Of a stretch of 64,000 nt of DNA, positions 29,345 through 41,750 are shown one piece after another. The notes beneath the pieces were generated by a model, which saw only the letters and a list, made by a program, of their open reading frames with translations, was not told the DNA's origin and made no database searches. Origin of the DNA: Pseudomonas aeruginosa PAO1 (GTDB lineage: Bacteria > Pseudomonadota > Gammaproteobacteria > Pseudomonadales > Pseudomonadaceae); the NCBI RefSeq assembly GCF_000006765.1, contig NC_002516.2; one strand, 5' to 3'. Position 1 is the first letter of the stretch. Each line of letters begins with the position of its first letter. Both the position numbers and the translations under genes were made by a program.

Positions 29345-29348
<4 letters not shown>
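28536..29348 (+). CDS. Alpha/beta hydrolase
   Basis: HANGF oxyanion loop, GHSLGG nucleophile and GGHMFP. Confidence 0.88.
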
Positions 29349-30947
<1,599 letters not shown>

Positions 30948-30955
30948 GGGCCGGT

Positions 30956-31762
30956 ATGCGAGGGTTCCTGTTGCTATCCCTGGGCGTTTTCAGCTTTTCG
31001 GCGCTGGCCGCCGACCTTCCCGGCAGCCATGACCTGGACATCCTGCCGCGCTTCCCGCGCGCCGAGATCGTCGACTTCCGTCAGGCGCCGAGTGAGGAAC
31101 GGATCTACCCGCTAGGGGCGATCAGTCGCATCAGCGGTCGCCTGCGCATGGAGGGCGAGGTGCGCGCCGAAGGCGAGCTGACCGCACTGACCTACCGCTT
31201 GCCGCCCGAGCACAGCAGCCAGGAGGCGTTCGCCGCGGCGCGCACCGCGCTGCTCAAGGCCGACGCCACGCCGTTGTTCTGGTGCGAGCGACGCGACTGC
31301 GGCTCCAGCAGCCTGCTGGCCAACGCCGTGTTCGGCAATGCCAAGCTGTACGGCCCGGACGAGCAGCAGGCCTACCTGCTGGTGCGTCTGGCGGCGCCGC
31401 AGGAGAACAGCCTGGTGGCGGTCTACTCGATCACCCGTGGCAATCGCCGCGCCTACCTACAGGCCGAGGAACTCAAGGCCGATGCGCCGCTGGCGGAACT
31501 GCTGCCGAGCCCGGCGACCCTGCTGCGCCTGCTCAAGGCCAACGGCGAACTGACCCTCAGCCATGTGCCGGCGGAGCCGGCCGGCTCCTGGTTGGAGCTG
31601 CTGGTGCGGACCCTGCGCCTGGATACCGGGGTGCGGGTCGAGCTGTCCGGCAAGCACGCCCAGGAGTGGCGCGACGCCCTGCGCGGGCAGGGCGTGCTGA
31701 ACAGCCGCATGGAGCTGGGCCAGTCGGAGGTCGAGGGCCTGCACCTCAACTGGCTGCGTTGA
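30956..31762 (+). CDS. Periplasmic DUF4892-like protein
   Basis: Signal peptide (ALA); LFWCERRDCGSSSLLAN motif. Confidence 0.8.
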   Translation: MRGFLLLSLGVFSFSALAADLPGSHDLDILPRFPRAEIVDFRQAPSEERIYPLGAISRISGRLRMEGEVRAEGELTALTYRLPPEHSSQEAFAAARTALLKADATPLFWCERRDCGSSSLLANAVFGNAKLYGPDEQQAYLLVRLAAPQENSLVAVYSITRGNRRAYLQAEELKADAPLAELLPSPATLLRLLKANGELTLSHVPAEPAGSWLELLVRTLRLDTGVRVELSGKHAQEWRDALRGQGVLNSRMELGQSEVEGLHLNWLR

Positions 31763-31927
31763 ACGCGTTCGCCCGGGCCTGCGGGCCCGGGCGATGGCGA
31801 AAATGCCTTCGGCAAGGCCGCCCGCCAGAGTAGACTGCCTTTCCCCCGCGCCCCACGCTCCGGCTGGAAACGGCGCACGCCGAGCGCTGTCTATCGGTGT
31901 ATCCCCCTTTGAGGAAGGCCTGCCTTG

Positions 31928-32995
31928 ATGTTCGATAACGATCGGCTGTTGCTTCGCGTGCTGCTGTTCGGTCTGCTCGGTGCCAGTCTCTGGGTGCTGG
32001 CGCCATTCTGGTCGGCGCTGTTCTGGGCCGCGGTGCTGGCTTTCGCCAGTTGGCCGCTGATGCGCATGCTCACGCGCCTGCTCGGTGGCCGCGAGTCGCT
32101 GGCGGCGGGCCTGCTGACCCTGGGCTGGATCGTCCTGGTGGCATTGCCGCTGATCTGGCTCGGCTTCGGCCTGGCGGACAACGTTCGCTCGCTGATGGAG
32201 CTGCTGAAGAATCTCCAGGTCGAGGGCCTGCCGCCGCCGCCTTCGTGGATGGCCGGCGTACCGCTGATCGGCGACCGCCTGATCGGCTGGTGGGACTCCA
32301 TCGACCAACAGGGCGTGGCGTTCTTCTACGTGCTCAAGCCCTATGTCGGCGAGGTCGGCAACTGGCTGCTGGCGCGCAGCGCGAAGATCGGCGGAGGGAT
32401 CCTGGAACTGGTCCTCAGCCTGATCCTGATCTTCTTCTTCTACCGCGACGGGCCGCGCCTGGAGTCCATCGTCCACCGTGCCCTGGAGCGCCTGATCGGC
32501 AACCGCGCGGAGCACTATCGCGACCTTGTCGCCGGCACCGTACAGCGGGTGGTCAACGGGGTGATCGGTACCGCCGCGGCGCAAGCCCTGCTGGCCTGGA
32601 TCGGCTTCATGATCGCCGGCGTACCGGGAGCCATGCTGCTCGGCTTGCTGACCTTCGCCTGCAGCCTACTGATGGTCCCGCCGCTGGTCTGGGGTCCGGC
32701 CACCGCCTGGCTGTTCTTCAAGGGCGACTATGGCCACGGGGTGTTCCTCGGCCTGTGGGGCTTCTTCATCATCAGCGGGGTGGACAACATCCTCAAACCC
32801 TACCTGATCAGCCGTGGCGGCAACCTGCCGCTGGTGGTGGTGCTGCTCGGGGTATTCGGCGGCCTGCTGGCGTTCGGCTTCATGGGCCTGTTCCTCGGCC
32901 CGATCCTGCTGGCAGTGGCCTACAACCTGCTCAGCGACTGGATCGCCAGCACGCCGCGGACGCCGCCCGGCGAAGGGCGCGGCCCGGATGCCTGA
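31928..32995 (+). CDS. AI-2E family transporter
   Basis: Multi-TM; DNILKPYLIS and GGLLAFGFMGLFLGP. Confidence 0.9.
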   Translation: MFDNDRLLLRVLLFGLLGASLWVLAPFWSALFWAAVLAFASWPLMRMLTRLLGGRESLAAGLLTLGWIVLVALPLIWLGFGLADNVRSLMELLKNLQVEGLPPPPSWMAGVPLIGDRLIGWWDSIDQQGVAFFYVLKPYVGEVGNWLLARSAKIGGGILELVLSLILIFFFYRDGPRLESIVHRALERLIGNRAEHYRDLVAGTVQRVVNGVIGTAAAQALLAWIGFMIAGVPGAMLLGLLTFACSLLMVPPLVWGPATAWLFFKGDYGHGVFLGLWGFFIISGVDNILKPYLISRGGNLPLVVVLLGVFGGLLAFGFMGLFLGPILLAVAYNLLSDWIASTPRTPPGEGRGPDA

Positions 32996-33007
32996 GTGAC
33001 GAAGGAG

Positions 33008-33034
33008 AAAAAGCCCCGCGATGCGGGGCTTTTT
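33008..33034. terminator. Bidirectional intrinsic terminator
   Basis: AAAAAGCCCCGC-GAT-GCGGGGCTTTTT between convergent genes. Confidence 0.9.
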
Positions 33035-33046
33035 GCGTCTGCGGGG

Positions 33047-34321
33047 CTACAGGTGTTCGCTGCGGGCCCCCACGTACTGGCTGCGCCCGGCGCCGAGGCC
33101 GAACAGGGTGGCGGCGATGGCGACGCCGATGAAGATATAGCCGACCGCGTTCCAGCCGCCGGTCAGGTCGTGGACCACGCCGACCATGAACGGCCCCATG
33201 GCCGCCAGGGTGTAGCCGACGCCCTGGGCCATGCCCGACAGATGCGAGGCGACGTGGGCGTCGCGCGAGCGCAGGACGATCAGCGCCAGGGCGATGCTGA
33301 AGGTACCGCCCTGGCCGAGGCCGAGCAGGACCGCCCAGCCCCAGATGGTCTGCAGCGGCGCATAGAGGAAGCCGAGCAGGCCGGCGAGGGTGGTCGCCAT
33401 CACCAGCACCACCGCCAGGCGCTGGTCCCTGGCGCGAGCGGCGAGCCAGGGCGCGAGCAGGGCGGTGATCAGTTGCAGCATCACCGAGCCGGACAGCACC
33501 AGGCCGGCTTCTACCGCAGTCATGCCGCGGTCGATCAGGATCGACGGCAGCCAACCGAAGACGATGTAGGCCAGGGACGATTGCAGGCCCATGTACAGCG
33601 TGACCTGCCAGGCCAGCGGGTCGCGCCACAGGCCGATGACACGGAAGGCCTGGCGATGGGCGTGCTGGCCCTGGCGGGTCTGCGGCAGCCAGAAGGCGGC
33701 GGCGAGGATCGCCGGCAGCGACCAGAACGCCAGCGCCAGTTCCCAGTTGCCGAAGAGCTTCTCCAGCGGCGCGGTAGCGCCGGCGGCGAGCGCTGCGCCC
33801 AGGCACAGGGCCATGGTGTAGACCCCGGTCATCACCCCGGCCTGGCGCGGGAAGTCGCGTTTGACGATGCCCGGCAGGAGCACGCCGATGATGCCGATGC
33901 TGGCGCCGGCCAGGACGCTGCCGGCGAACAGGCCGAACACCGGGAACAGGCTGCGCAGGACGATGCCGCCGGCCAGGCAGAAGAGGATCAGCAGCACGCT
34001 GCGCTCGGCGCCGATACGCCGGGCCAGGCGCGGCGCGAGCGGCGCGAACAACCCCAGGCAGAGTACCGGCGCGGTGGTCAGCAGGCCGGCGGCAGCGGCC
34101 GAGAGGCCGGTATCGTCGCGCACCTGGTTGAGCAGGGGGGCGAGGCTGGACAGCGCCGGGCGCAGGTTCAGCGCCACCAGCACCAGGCCCAGCAGGAGCA
34201 GCCAGGGGCGTAGTGGCGGCGCCGGCGGAACTGGTTCGTCGTCGACTTCGGCATCGATCAGCAGTTCTTCCGGAGGATGGCCGGGGTGCGCTCCCGGCCG
34301 GGCATTCAAGGCGTGAGTCAT
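33047..34321 (-). CDS. CynX/NimT-family MFS transporter
   Basis: LVALNLRP, PGIVKRDFP and LSGMAQGVGY. Confidence 0.9.
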   Translation of the reverse strand: MTHALNARPGAHPGHPPEELLIDAEVDDEPVPPAPPLRPWLLLLGLVLVALNLRPALSSLAPLLNQVRDDTGLSAAAAGLLTTAPVLCLGLFAPLAPRLARRIGAERSVLLILFCLAGGIVLRSLFPVFGLFAGSVLAGASIGIIGVLLPGIVKRDFPRQAGVMTGVYTMALCLGAALAAGATAPLEKLFGNWELALAFWSLPAILAAAFWLPQTRQGQHAHRQAFRVIGLWRDPLAWQVTLYMGLQSSLAYIVFGWLPSILIDRGMTAVEAGLVLSGSVMLQLITALLAPWLAARARDQRLAVVLVMATTLAGLLGFLYAPLQTIWGWAVLLGLGQGGTFSIALALIVLRSRDAHVASHLSGMAQGVGYTLAAMGPFMVGVVHDLTGGWNAVGYIFIGVAIAATLFGLGAGRSQYVGARSEHL

Positions 34322-34336
34322 GGGTCTGTCCCGGGT

Positions 34337-34984
34337 TCAGATCAGCAGTGCGCGGTTGGCCGCGGCGGCAGCGTCCGGGTCTCCGCGTTCTATGGCGTCG
34401 AGCAGTTGCTGGTGCAGCTCGAAGCAGGGCTGGGCCCTTTGTGGGTCGGCCATGGTGCGTTCCAGCGAGGTCCGGATGACCTGCGAGAAATAGCGGTAGA
34501 GTTCGCTGAGCACCGGATTGTGGGCGGCATCGACCATCCGTTGGTGGAAGCGGACGTCGTGCTCTATGTAGTCCTGCAGGTCGGCGCTGCCGTAGCGCTG
34601 GCGCGAAGCGTCGAGATGTTCGCGCAATGCGCTCAGGTCGCTGTCGTCGCGGCGAACGGCTGCCAGGCGCGCCGCCTCGATCTCGATCATCCCGCGTGCC
34701 TCCAGGGAGTGCTGCACCGCGCTGCGCGCCAGCACCAGCATGGTTTCCAGCGGATCGGCGCAGGCGCGCACGTAGGTGCCGTCGCCCTGGCGGACTTCCA
34801 GCACGCCGGAGAAGGTCAGCACGCGCACCGCTTCGCGCACGGTGTTGCGGCTCATGCCGAGCAACTCGGCGAGTTCCGGCTCCGGCGGCAGGCGCTGGCC
34901 GAGCGGCCAATGGCCGGCGTCGATGCGCTGGCGGATCTGCTCCAGGGCGATGTCCACCAGGGAGCGCTTGAGGGGAATGGTCAC
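34337..34984 (-). CDS. FadR/GntR-family regulator
   Basis: LPPEPELAELLGMSRNTVREA...VRQGDGTYV; FCD domain with FHQRMVDAAHN. Confidence 0.92.
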   Translation of the reverse strand: MTIPLKRSLVDIALEQIRQRIDAGHWPLGQRLPPEPELAELLGMSRNTVREAVRVLTFSGVLEVRQGDGTYVRACADPLETMLVLARSAVQHSLEARGMIEIEAARLAAVRRDDSDLSALREHLDASRQRYGSADLQDYIEHDVRFHQRMVDAAHNPVLSELYRYFSQVIRTSLERTMADPQRAQPCFELHQQLLDAIERGDPDAAAAANRALLI

Positions 34985-35121
34985 GGAAGAAACATCCAAT
35001 CATCGGATGAATTTGCGCGCAGGATACCTCGGCAGCTGCAAGCCCGGAAAGCGTCGCTCGGGGAAAAAGCGTTGGCCTGGCGGCGAGACGCATGACGCTG
35101 CGCCGCCAGGTCGCCGATGCG

Positions 35122-36651
35122 TCAGTCTACGGCGGCGGTTTCGCCGGCGCGCAGGGACATGCCCAGTTGCGCTCGTCGGCGCAGCCAGGGACTGGGCCGG
35201 TAGCGCGGGTCACCGGTAAGCGCCTGCAAGCGCTGGAGAATGCTCAGCAGGCGCCGCGGGCCGAGGCGGTCGCCCCATTCCAGCGGGCCGTGGGGATAGC
35301 CGAGGCCGAGGTGCACCGCCTGGTCGATATCCTCGACGCTGGCAATGCCCTGCTGGGCGATGTCGCAGGCGAGGTTGACGATCATCGCCAGTACCCGCTG
35401 GACGACGAAGCCGGGACTGTCGCGCAGCACCGTGACCCCGACGCCGTCGCCAGCCAGTAGCGCGTGTGCCGCGTCGCGCATGGCCGGGGCGGTCAGCGGC
35501 GAGAGCATCAGGCAGCGCCGGCGCTCGAGGTCGCAGAGCAGGTCGATGCCGACGCTGCGCTCGGCGGGACAGGCGAAGCGCTGCACGGCGCTGCTCAGGT
35601 CCTCGCCCCAGGCGGCCAGCAGGCAGAGCGCTGCGGCGGAAGGGCGTTCGCCGGTTTCCGGCTCGACGCCGAGGCGATGCAGCAGTTCGGCGAGCGTGCG
35701 GCGGTCGTCCTCGTTTTCGCAGCCCAGCCACACCGGTGGTCGGGCGGCGGCCTGCGGCACCGGTTGCGGACCGGGCTTGTCCTGCGGCTGGCCGTCGACG
35801 TAGCGATAGAAGCCCTGGCCGCTCTTGCGCCCGAGACGGCCGGCGGCGAGCAACTGGCGGGTCAGCGGGTGTGGGCGGTAGCGCGGTTCCTGGTAGTACT
35901 GCTGGTAGATCGATTCCATTACCGGGTGCGACACGTCGAGGCCGGTAAGATCGAGCAGTTCGAACGGCCCCATGCGGAAGCCGGCGCACTCGCGCAGCAC
36001 ACGGTCGATCTCGGCGCATTCGGCGACGCCTTCGCCGAGGATGCGCAGGGCCTCGGTGCCATAGGCGCGGCCGGCATGGTTGACGATGAAGCCGGGGCTG
36101 TCCTTGGTCCGTACGCCGCGGTGGCCCAGGCGCGCGGCGAGGGCGAGCAGGGCGTCGCCGACTTCCGGAGCGCTGGCCAGGCCGTCGACCACCTCGACCA
36201 CGCGCATCAGCGGCACCGGGTTGAAGAAGTGAAAACCGGCGACCCGCTGCGGCCGCTCGCAGGCGGCGGCGATGGCGGTGATCGACAGCGACGAGGTATT
36301 GCTGGCGAGGATGCTCTCCGGCGCGACTATGGCTTCCAGCCGGCGCAGCAATTCCTGCTTGGCCTCCAGGCGCTCGACGATGGCCTCCACCACCAGTTCG
36401 CAGTCGCCCAGTTGTTCCAGGCGTTCCGCCACCCGCAGCCGGTTTTGCGCGGCCTCGGCGTCGGCGGCGCTCAGCTTGCCTTTGCCGCACAGGCTCTCGA
36501 AGGTCTGCCGCAGGCGCTGGCGTGCCTCGGCGGCGGCCTCGGCGCGGCTGTCGAACAGCCATACGGTCAGGCCGGCCTGGGCGGCTATCTGGGCGATCCC
36601 GGTGCCCATCGCACCGGTACCGACCACGGCGATACAACGAATATCGGGCAT
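35122..36651 (-). CDS. 3-hydroxyacyl-CoA dehydrogenase (PaaH/DcaH-like, 509 aa)
   Basis: GTGAMGTGIAQ, VEAIVE, ASNTSSLSI, GFHFFNPVP; duplicated C-terminal domain. Confidence 0.93.
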   Translation of the reverse strand: MPDIRCIAVVGTGAMGTGIAQIAAQAGLTVWLFDSRAEAAAEARQRLRQTFESLCGKGKLSAADAEAAQNRLRVAERLEQLGDCELVVEAIVERLEAKQELLRRLEAIVAPESILASNTSSLSITAIAAACERPQRVAGFHFFNPVPLMRVVEVVDGLASAPEVGDALLALAARLGHRGVRTKDSPGFIVNHAGRAYGTEALRILGEGVAECAEIDRVLRECAGFRMGPFELLDLTGLDVSHPVMESIYQQYYQEPRYRPHPLTRQLLAAGRLGRKSGQGFYRYVDGQPQDKPGPQPVPQAAARPPVWLGCENEDDRRTLAELLHRLGVEPETGERPSAAALCLLAAWGEDLSSAVQRFACPAERSVGIDLLCDLERRRCLMLSPLTAPAMRDAAHALLAGDGVGVTVLRDSPGFVVQRVLAMIVNLACDIAQQGIASVEDIDQAVHLGLGYPHGPLEWGDRLGPRRLLSILQRLQALTGDPRYRPSPWLRRRAQLGMSLRAGETAAVD

Positions 36652-36654
36652 CGT

Positions 36655-37440
<786 letters not shown>

Positions 37441-37461
37441 GGAAGCTCCGATGAATTGATA

Positions 37462-37480
37462 TTTCGCTATGCGAAATATG
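37462..37480. promoter_or_regulatory. IclR-type operator, copy 1
   Basis: TTTCGCTATGCGAAATATG (core TTTCGC-TAT-GCGAAA). Confidence 0.75.
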
Positions 37481-37623
37481 GTTTCATGATTTATCGAAAA
37501 TAATCAGCGCCAGCCGTGGCGTTGTAAATACTCGCGTCGGATCTCGGATGATCTACTTATACAATTTACTGTTTTAAAAGGATTTTATTTTCGTTGTTGA
37601 AAGTGCATGGGTTCTTCTATTAG

Positions 37624-37642
37624 TTTCGCTATGCGAAATATG
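37624..37642. promoter_or_regulatory. IclR-type operator, copy 2 (identical)
   Basis: Exact 19-bp copy of 37462-37480. Confidence 0.75.
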
Positions 37643-37681
37643 ATTTTGTTTTATTGATTTTTTGAAAAAGAGGTCCCTACT

Positions 37682-38548
37682 ATGCGCGGCAACGACGAGC
37701 GCCGGAGTCCGGCGGAAGGTGCCAGTACGGAAGCGGAAGTGTCCGCCTTCGAAGCTGTGCTGATCGACCCGATGCAGGAGAAAGACGAGGAACTCAAGGA
37801 CCGCCAGTTCGTCACCGCGCTGGCCCGCGGGTTGGAATTGCTGCGCTGTTTCACGCCACGGGAAAGCCTGCTGGGCAACCAGGAACTGGCGAAGAAGACC
37901 GGCCTGCCGAAGCCGACGGTGTCGCGTCTGACCCACACCCTGACCCGGCTGGGCTATCTGCGTCACCTGCCGCATAGCGGCAAGTATCAATTGGAAGTGG
38001 GGGTGATGTCGTTCGGCTACGCGATGCTCTCGAACCTGTCGATTCGCGCGCTCGCCCGCCCGTTGATGGAAGAGATGGCCGGCTACGCCAAGGCCGCGGT
38101 GGCCATGGCGGCCCGCGACCGGCTGAGCATGGTCTACCTCGACGTGGTGCATGGCGAGGCCAACCTGACCATGCGTCGCCAGGTCGGCAGCCACCTCTCG
38201 CTGCACCGCAGCGCGATCGGCCGGGCCTGCCTGGCGGCGATGCCGGAGGACGAGCGGGAATTCATCCTCGGGCACATTCGCAAGCGCCACCCGGAAGACT
38301 GGCCGGAAGTGCGCAAGGGGCTGGAGCGGGCCTTCCGCGACTATGCCGACTACGGCTTCTGCCTGTCGCTCGGCGAGTGGCAACGCGACGTCAACGCGGT
38401 GGGCGTGGCCTTGCACCATGAGAGCCATGGGCTACTGGCGTTCAATTGCGGCGGGCCGAGTTTCCATCTCAAGCGCGAGAAACTGGAGGACGACATCGGC
38501 CCGCGCCTGCTGCACATGGTCCACAACATCGAGGCCGCCACCCGCTGA
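37682..38548 (+). CDS. IclR-family regulator (DcaS-like)
   Basis: FVTALARGLELL, TGLPKPTVSRLTHTL, SAIGRA and GEWQRDVNAVG. Confidence 0.93.
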   Translation: MRGNDERRSPAEGASTEAEVSAFEAVLIDPMQEKDEELKDRQFVTALARGLELLRCFTPRESLLGNQELAKKTGLPKPTVSRLTHTLTRLGYLRHLPHSGKYQLEVGVMSFGYAMLSNLSIRALARPLMEEMAGYAKAAVAMAARDRLSMVYLDVVHGEANLTMRRQVGSHLSLHRSAIGRACLAAMPEDEREFILGHIRKRHPEDWPEVRKGLERAFRDYADYGFCLSLGEWQRDVNAVGVALHHESHGLLAFNCGGPSFHLKREKLEDDIGPRLLHMVHNIEAATR

Positions 38549-38602
38549 CCGAGGCCGGTGACGGAATCATGGCAACCGGCCTAGGGGCCTATTGGAGTGA
38601 GC

Positions 38603-39757
38603 ATGATTCGTGATCCGGAAACCCTGAACCTGCTGCTGGACAGCATCCGCCAGTTCGTCCGCGAAAGCCTGGTGCCTCATGAGCAGGAAGTGGCGGAAAC
38701 CGACCGCATTCCCGAGGCGATCATCGCCCGCATGCGCGAGATGGGCCTGTTCGGCCTGTCGATCCCGGAGGCCTACGGCGGCCTCGGGGTGACCATGGAG
38801 GAAGAGGTGAGCATCGCCTTCGAGCTGGGGCGGACCTCGCCGGCGTTCCGTTCGCTGCTGGGCACCAACAACGGCATCGGCTCCCAGGGCATCGTCATCG
38901 ACGGCACCGAAGAGCAGAAGCGGCGCTACCTGCCGCGCCTGGCGTCGGGCGAACTGCTCAGTTCGTTCTGCCTCACCGAACCGGACTCCGGTTCCGACGC
39001 CGCCTCGCTGAAGACCACGGCGGTGCGTGACGGCGAGCACTACGTGCTCAACGGTACCAAGCGCTTCATCACCAACGCCCCGCAGGCCGGCATCTACACC
39101 GTGATGGCGCGCACCGACCCGGCGATCCGTGGCGCCGGCGGAATCTCCGCTTTCGTCGTCGAGCGCGGTACGCCCGGGCTGTCCCTGGGCAAGCCGGATC
39201 GCAAGATGGGACAGAAGGGCGCGCATACCTGTGACGTGATCTTCGACGACTGCCGGGTGCCTGCCAGTCAGTTGATCGGCGGGGTCGAGGGCGTCGGCTT
39301 CAAGACCGCGATGAAGGTGCTCGACAAGGGCCGCCTGCACATCGCCGCAGTCTGTGTGGGGGTCGCCGAGCGGATGCTCGAGGATGCGTTGCGCTATGCC
39401 CTGGAACGCAAGCAGTTCGGCCAGCCGATCGCCGAGTTCCAGTTGATCCAGGCGATGCTTGCCGACAGCAAGGCCGAAGCCTACGCAGCGCGCTGCATGG
39501 TCATCGACGCCGCGCGGCAGCGCGACGAAGGCCGCGATGTCGGTACCGAGGCGTCCTGCGCCAAGCTGTTCGCCTCGGAAATGTGCGGCCGCGTCGCCGA
39601 CCGCGCGGTGCAGATATTCGGCGGCGCCGGCTATATCGGCGACTACGGGATCGAGCGCTTCTATCGCGACGTGCGGCTGTTCCGCATCTACGAGGGCACC
39701 ACGCAGATCCAGCAACTGCTGATCGCCCGCAACATGATCCGCGCCGCCCAGGGCTAG
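38603..39757 (+). CDS. Acyl-CoA dehydrogenase (DcaA-like)
   Basis: FCLTEPDSGSD, KMGQKG, FGGAGY and IYEGTTQIQ. Confidence 0.95.
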   Translation: MIRDPETLNLLLDSIRQFVRESLVPHEQEVAETDRIPEAIIARMREMGLFGLSIPEAYGGLGVTMEEEVSIAFELGRTSPAFRSLLGTNNGIGSQGIVIDGTEEQKRRYLPRLASGELLSSFCLTEPDSGSDAASLKTTAVRDGEHYVLNGTKRFITNAPQAGIYTVMARTDPAIRGAGGISAFVVERGTPGLSLGKPDRKMGQKGAHTCDVIFDDCRVPASQLIGGVEGVGFKTAMKVLDKGRLHIAAVCVGVAERMLEDALRYALERKQFGQPIAEFQLIQAMLADSKAEAYAARCMVIDAARQRDEGRDVGTEASCAKLFASEMCGRVADRAVQIFGGAGYIGDYGIERFYRDVRLFRIYEGTTQIQQLLIARNMIRAAQG

Positions 39758-39834
39758 CGTCGATCCTTCGCCTTGTCACCGGCCGTGGCGCAGTCCCCGG
39801 CCGGTTGCTGTCCCAGGCGCTGTCCGCGCCACTC

Positions 39835-39895
39835 TTTACGCTTTCTTTATGCCGTCCGACGCGGCCCTGAATCGCTTCTTTACGCCCCCTTTGCG
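39835..39895 (+). promoter_or_regulatory. Candidate KdpE boxes upstream of kdpF
   Basis: TTTACGCTTTCTTTATG (39835-39851) and TTTACGCCCCCTTTGCG (39879-39895): 11-bp-spaced TTTA(C/T) direct repeats like the E. coli KdpE site TTTATACTTTTTTTACA. Confidence 0.6.
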
Positions 39896-39944
39896 GAGAC
39901 TTTCCCTCAAGCGGCAGAGGCCGCTCGAAGGAGAGATCGCACAC

Positions 39945-40034
39945 ATGACCGTTCTGGATTGGTTGTCCCTGGCCCTGGCCACGGGACTGTTCGTCTATTT
40001 GCTGGTGGCGCTGCTACGCGCCGACCGTGCCTAG
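39945..40034 (+). CDS. kdpF: K+-transporting ATPase subunit F, 29 aa
   Basis: [29 protein letters not shown]; YLLVALL motif; directly upstream of kdpA. Confidence 0.93.
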   Translation: MTVLDWLSLALATGLFVYLLVALLRADRA

Positions 40035-40044
40035 GGGAGGGCAC

Positions 40045-41739
40045 ATGAACAGCCACGAGATTCTCTTGATCCTGGCCTTTTTCGCCCTGGTCCTGGTGCC
40101 TGCACCGTTCCTCGGGCGCTACTGCTTCAAGGTGATGGAAGGCCAACGCAATCTCCTCAGCGCGCCGCTGGCGCCACTGGAGCGCGTCTGCTATCGCCTG
40201 TTCGGCGTCGATCCGGCGAGCGAGCAGGACTGGAAGACCTACACCCTGGCGCTGCTGGCATTCAACCTGGCCGGCCTGGTCCTGCTGTTCTCGATCCTCA
40301 TGCTGCAGGGCAGCCTGCCGCTGAACCCGCAGCACCTGCCGGGCCTGGAATGGACACTGGCGTTCAACACCGCGGTCAGTTTCGTCACCAACACCAACTG
40401 GCAGGCCTACAGCGGCGAGGCCTCGCTGAGCTACTTCAGCCAGATGGTCGGCCTCACGGTGCAGAACTTCGTCAGCGCGGCGGTCGGCCTCTGCGTGCTG
40501 GTGGCCCTGGCGCGCGGCATCAGCCGCCGCTCCACACGACAGCTGGGCAACTTCTGGGTCGACCTGACCCGCGGCACCCTCTACGTGCTGCTGCCGCTGT
40601 GCCTGCTGCTGGCGTTGCTGCTGGTCTGGCAGGGCGTGCCGCAGACCTTCTTCGACTATGTCCATGCCACCACCTTGCAAGGCGCCGAGCAGACCATCCC
40701 GCTCGGCCCGGCGGCCAGCCAGATCGCCATCAAGCAGCTGGGCACCAATGGCGGCGGCTTCTTCGGCGTCAACTCGACCCATCCGTTCGAGAACCCGAGC
40801 GCCTGGAGCAACCTGTTCGAAGTGGCCTCGATCATCCTGATCCCGGCGGCGCTGGTATTCACCTTCGGCCATTACGTGAAGGACCTGCGCCAGAGCCGCG
40901 CGATCCTCGGCTGCATGCTGCTGCTGTTCTGCCTCGGCCTGGGCCTGTCGCTGTGGGCCGAATACCAGCCGAACCCGGCGCTGGCGCAGTTGCCGATCGA
41001 GCAGGGCGCGCCGATGGAGGGCAAGGAGAGTCGCTTCGGCACCGCCGCCAGCATGCTCTGGGCGATCACCACCACCGCCGCCTCGAACGGCTCGGTGAAC
41101 GCCATGCACGACAGCCTGAGCCCCCTGGGTGGCATGCTGCCGCTGCTGAACATGATGCTCGGCGAGGTGATCTTCGGCGGCGTCGGCGCCGGCCTCTACG
41201 GCATGCTGCTGTTCGTCCTGATCGCGGTGTTCCTCGCCGGCCTGATGGTCGGGCGGACGCCGGAGTACCTGGGCAAGAAACTCGAGGCGAAGGAGGTCCG
41301 CCTGCTGGTCTTCACCCTGCTGGTGATGCCGGTCGGCGTGCTGGTGCTCGGCGCCATCGCCGCCAGCCTGCCGGGGCCGGCCTCGGCGGTGACCAATCCC
41401 GGCCCGCACGGCTTCAGCCAACTGCTCTACGCCTACACCTCGGGGAGCGCCAACAACGGCTCGGCGTTTGCCGGTTTCGGTGCCAACACGCCGTTCCACA
41501 ACCTGATGATCGGCCTGGCCATGCTCATCGGCCGCTTCGGCTACATCCTGCCGATCCTCGCCATCGCCGGCAGCCTGGCGGCGAAGAAGGCCAGCCCGGT
41601 GGGGCCGAACAGTTTCCCGACCCATGGTCCGCTGTTCGTCAGCCTGCTCACCGTGACCATCCTGCTGGTCGGCGGCCTGACTTTCCTGCCGACCCTGGCC
41701 CTCGGCCCGATCGCTGAACAACTGAGCCTCGGCTTCTGA
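40045..41739 (+). CDS. kdpA: K+-transporting ATPase subunit A
   Basis: [36 protein letters not shown] and ANNGSAF filter motifs. Confidence 0.98.
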   Translation: MNSHEILLILAFFALVLVPAPFLGRYCFKVMEGQRNLLSAPLAPLERVCYRLFGVDPASEQDWKTYTLALLAFNLAGLVLLFSILMLQGSLPLNPQHLPGLEWTLAFNTAVSFVTNTNWQAYSGEASLSYFSQMVGLTVQNFVSAAVGLCVLVALARGISRRSTRQLGNFWVDLTRGTLYVLLPLCLLLALLLVWQGVPQTFFDYVHATTLQGAEQTIPLGPAASQIAIKQLGTNGGGFFGVNSTHPFENPSAWSNLFEVASIILIPAALVFTFGHYVKDLRQSRAILGCMLLLFCLGLGLSLWAEYQPNPALAQLPIEQGAPMEGKESRFGTAASMLWAITTTAASNGSVNAMHDSLSPLGGMLPLLNMMLGEVIFGGVGAGLYGMLLFVLIAVFLAGLMVGRTPEYLGKKLEAKEVRLLVFTLLVMPVGVLVLGAIAASLPGPASAVTNPGPHGFSQLLYAYTSGSANNGSAFAGFGANTPFHNLMIGLAMLIGRFGYILPILAIAGSLAAKKASPVGPNSFPTHGPLFVSLLTVTILLVGGLTFLPTLALGPIAEQLSLGF

Positions 41740-41750
41740 AGGAATCGTAC

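Noticed and set aside
37441-37681. AT-rich stretch as a horizontally acquired island
   Set aside because: Only 240 bp, intergenic, with no integrase, tRNA or flanking repeats; explained as a divergent promoter.
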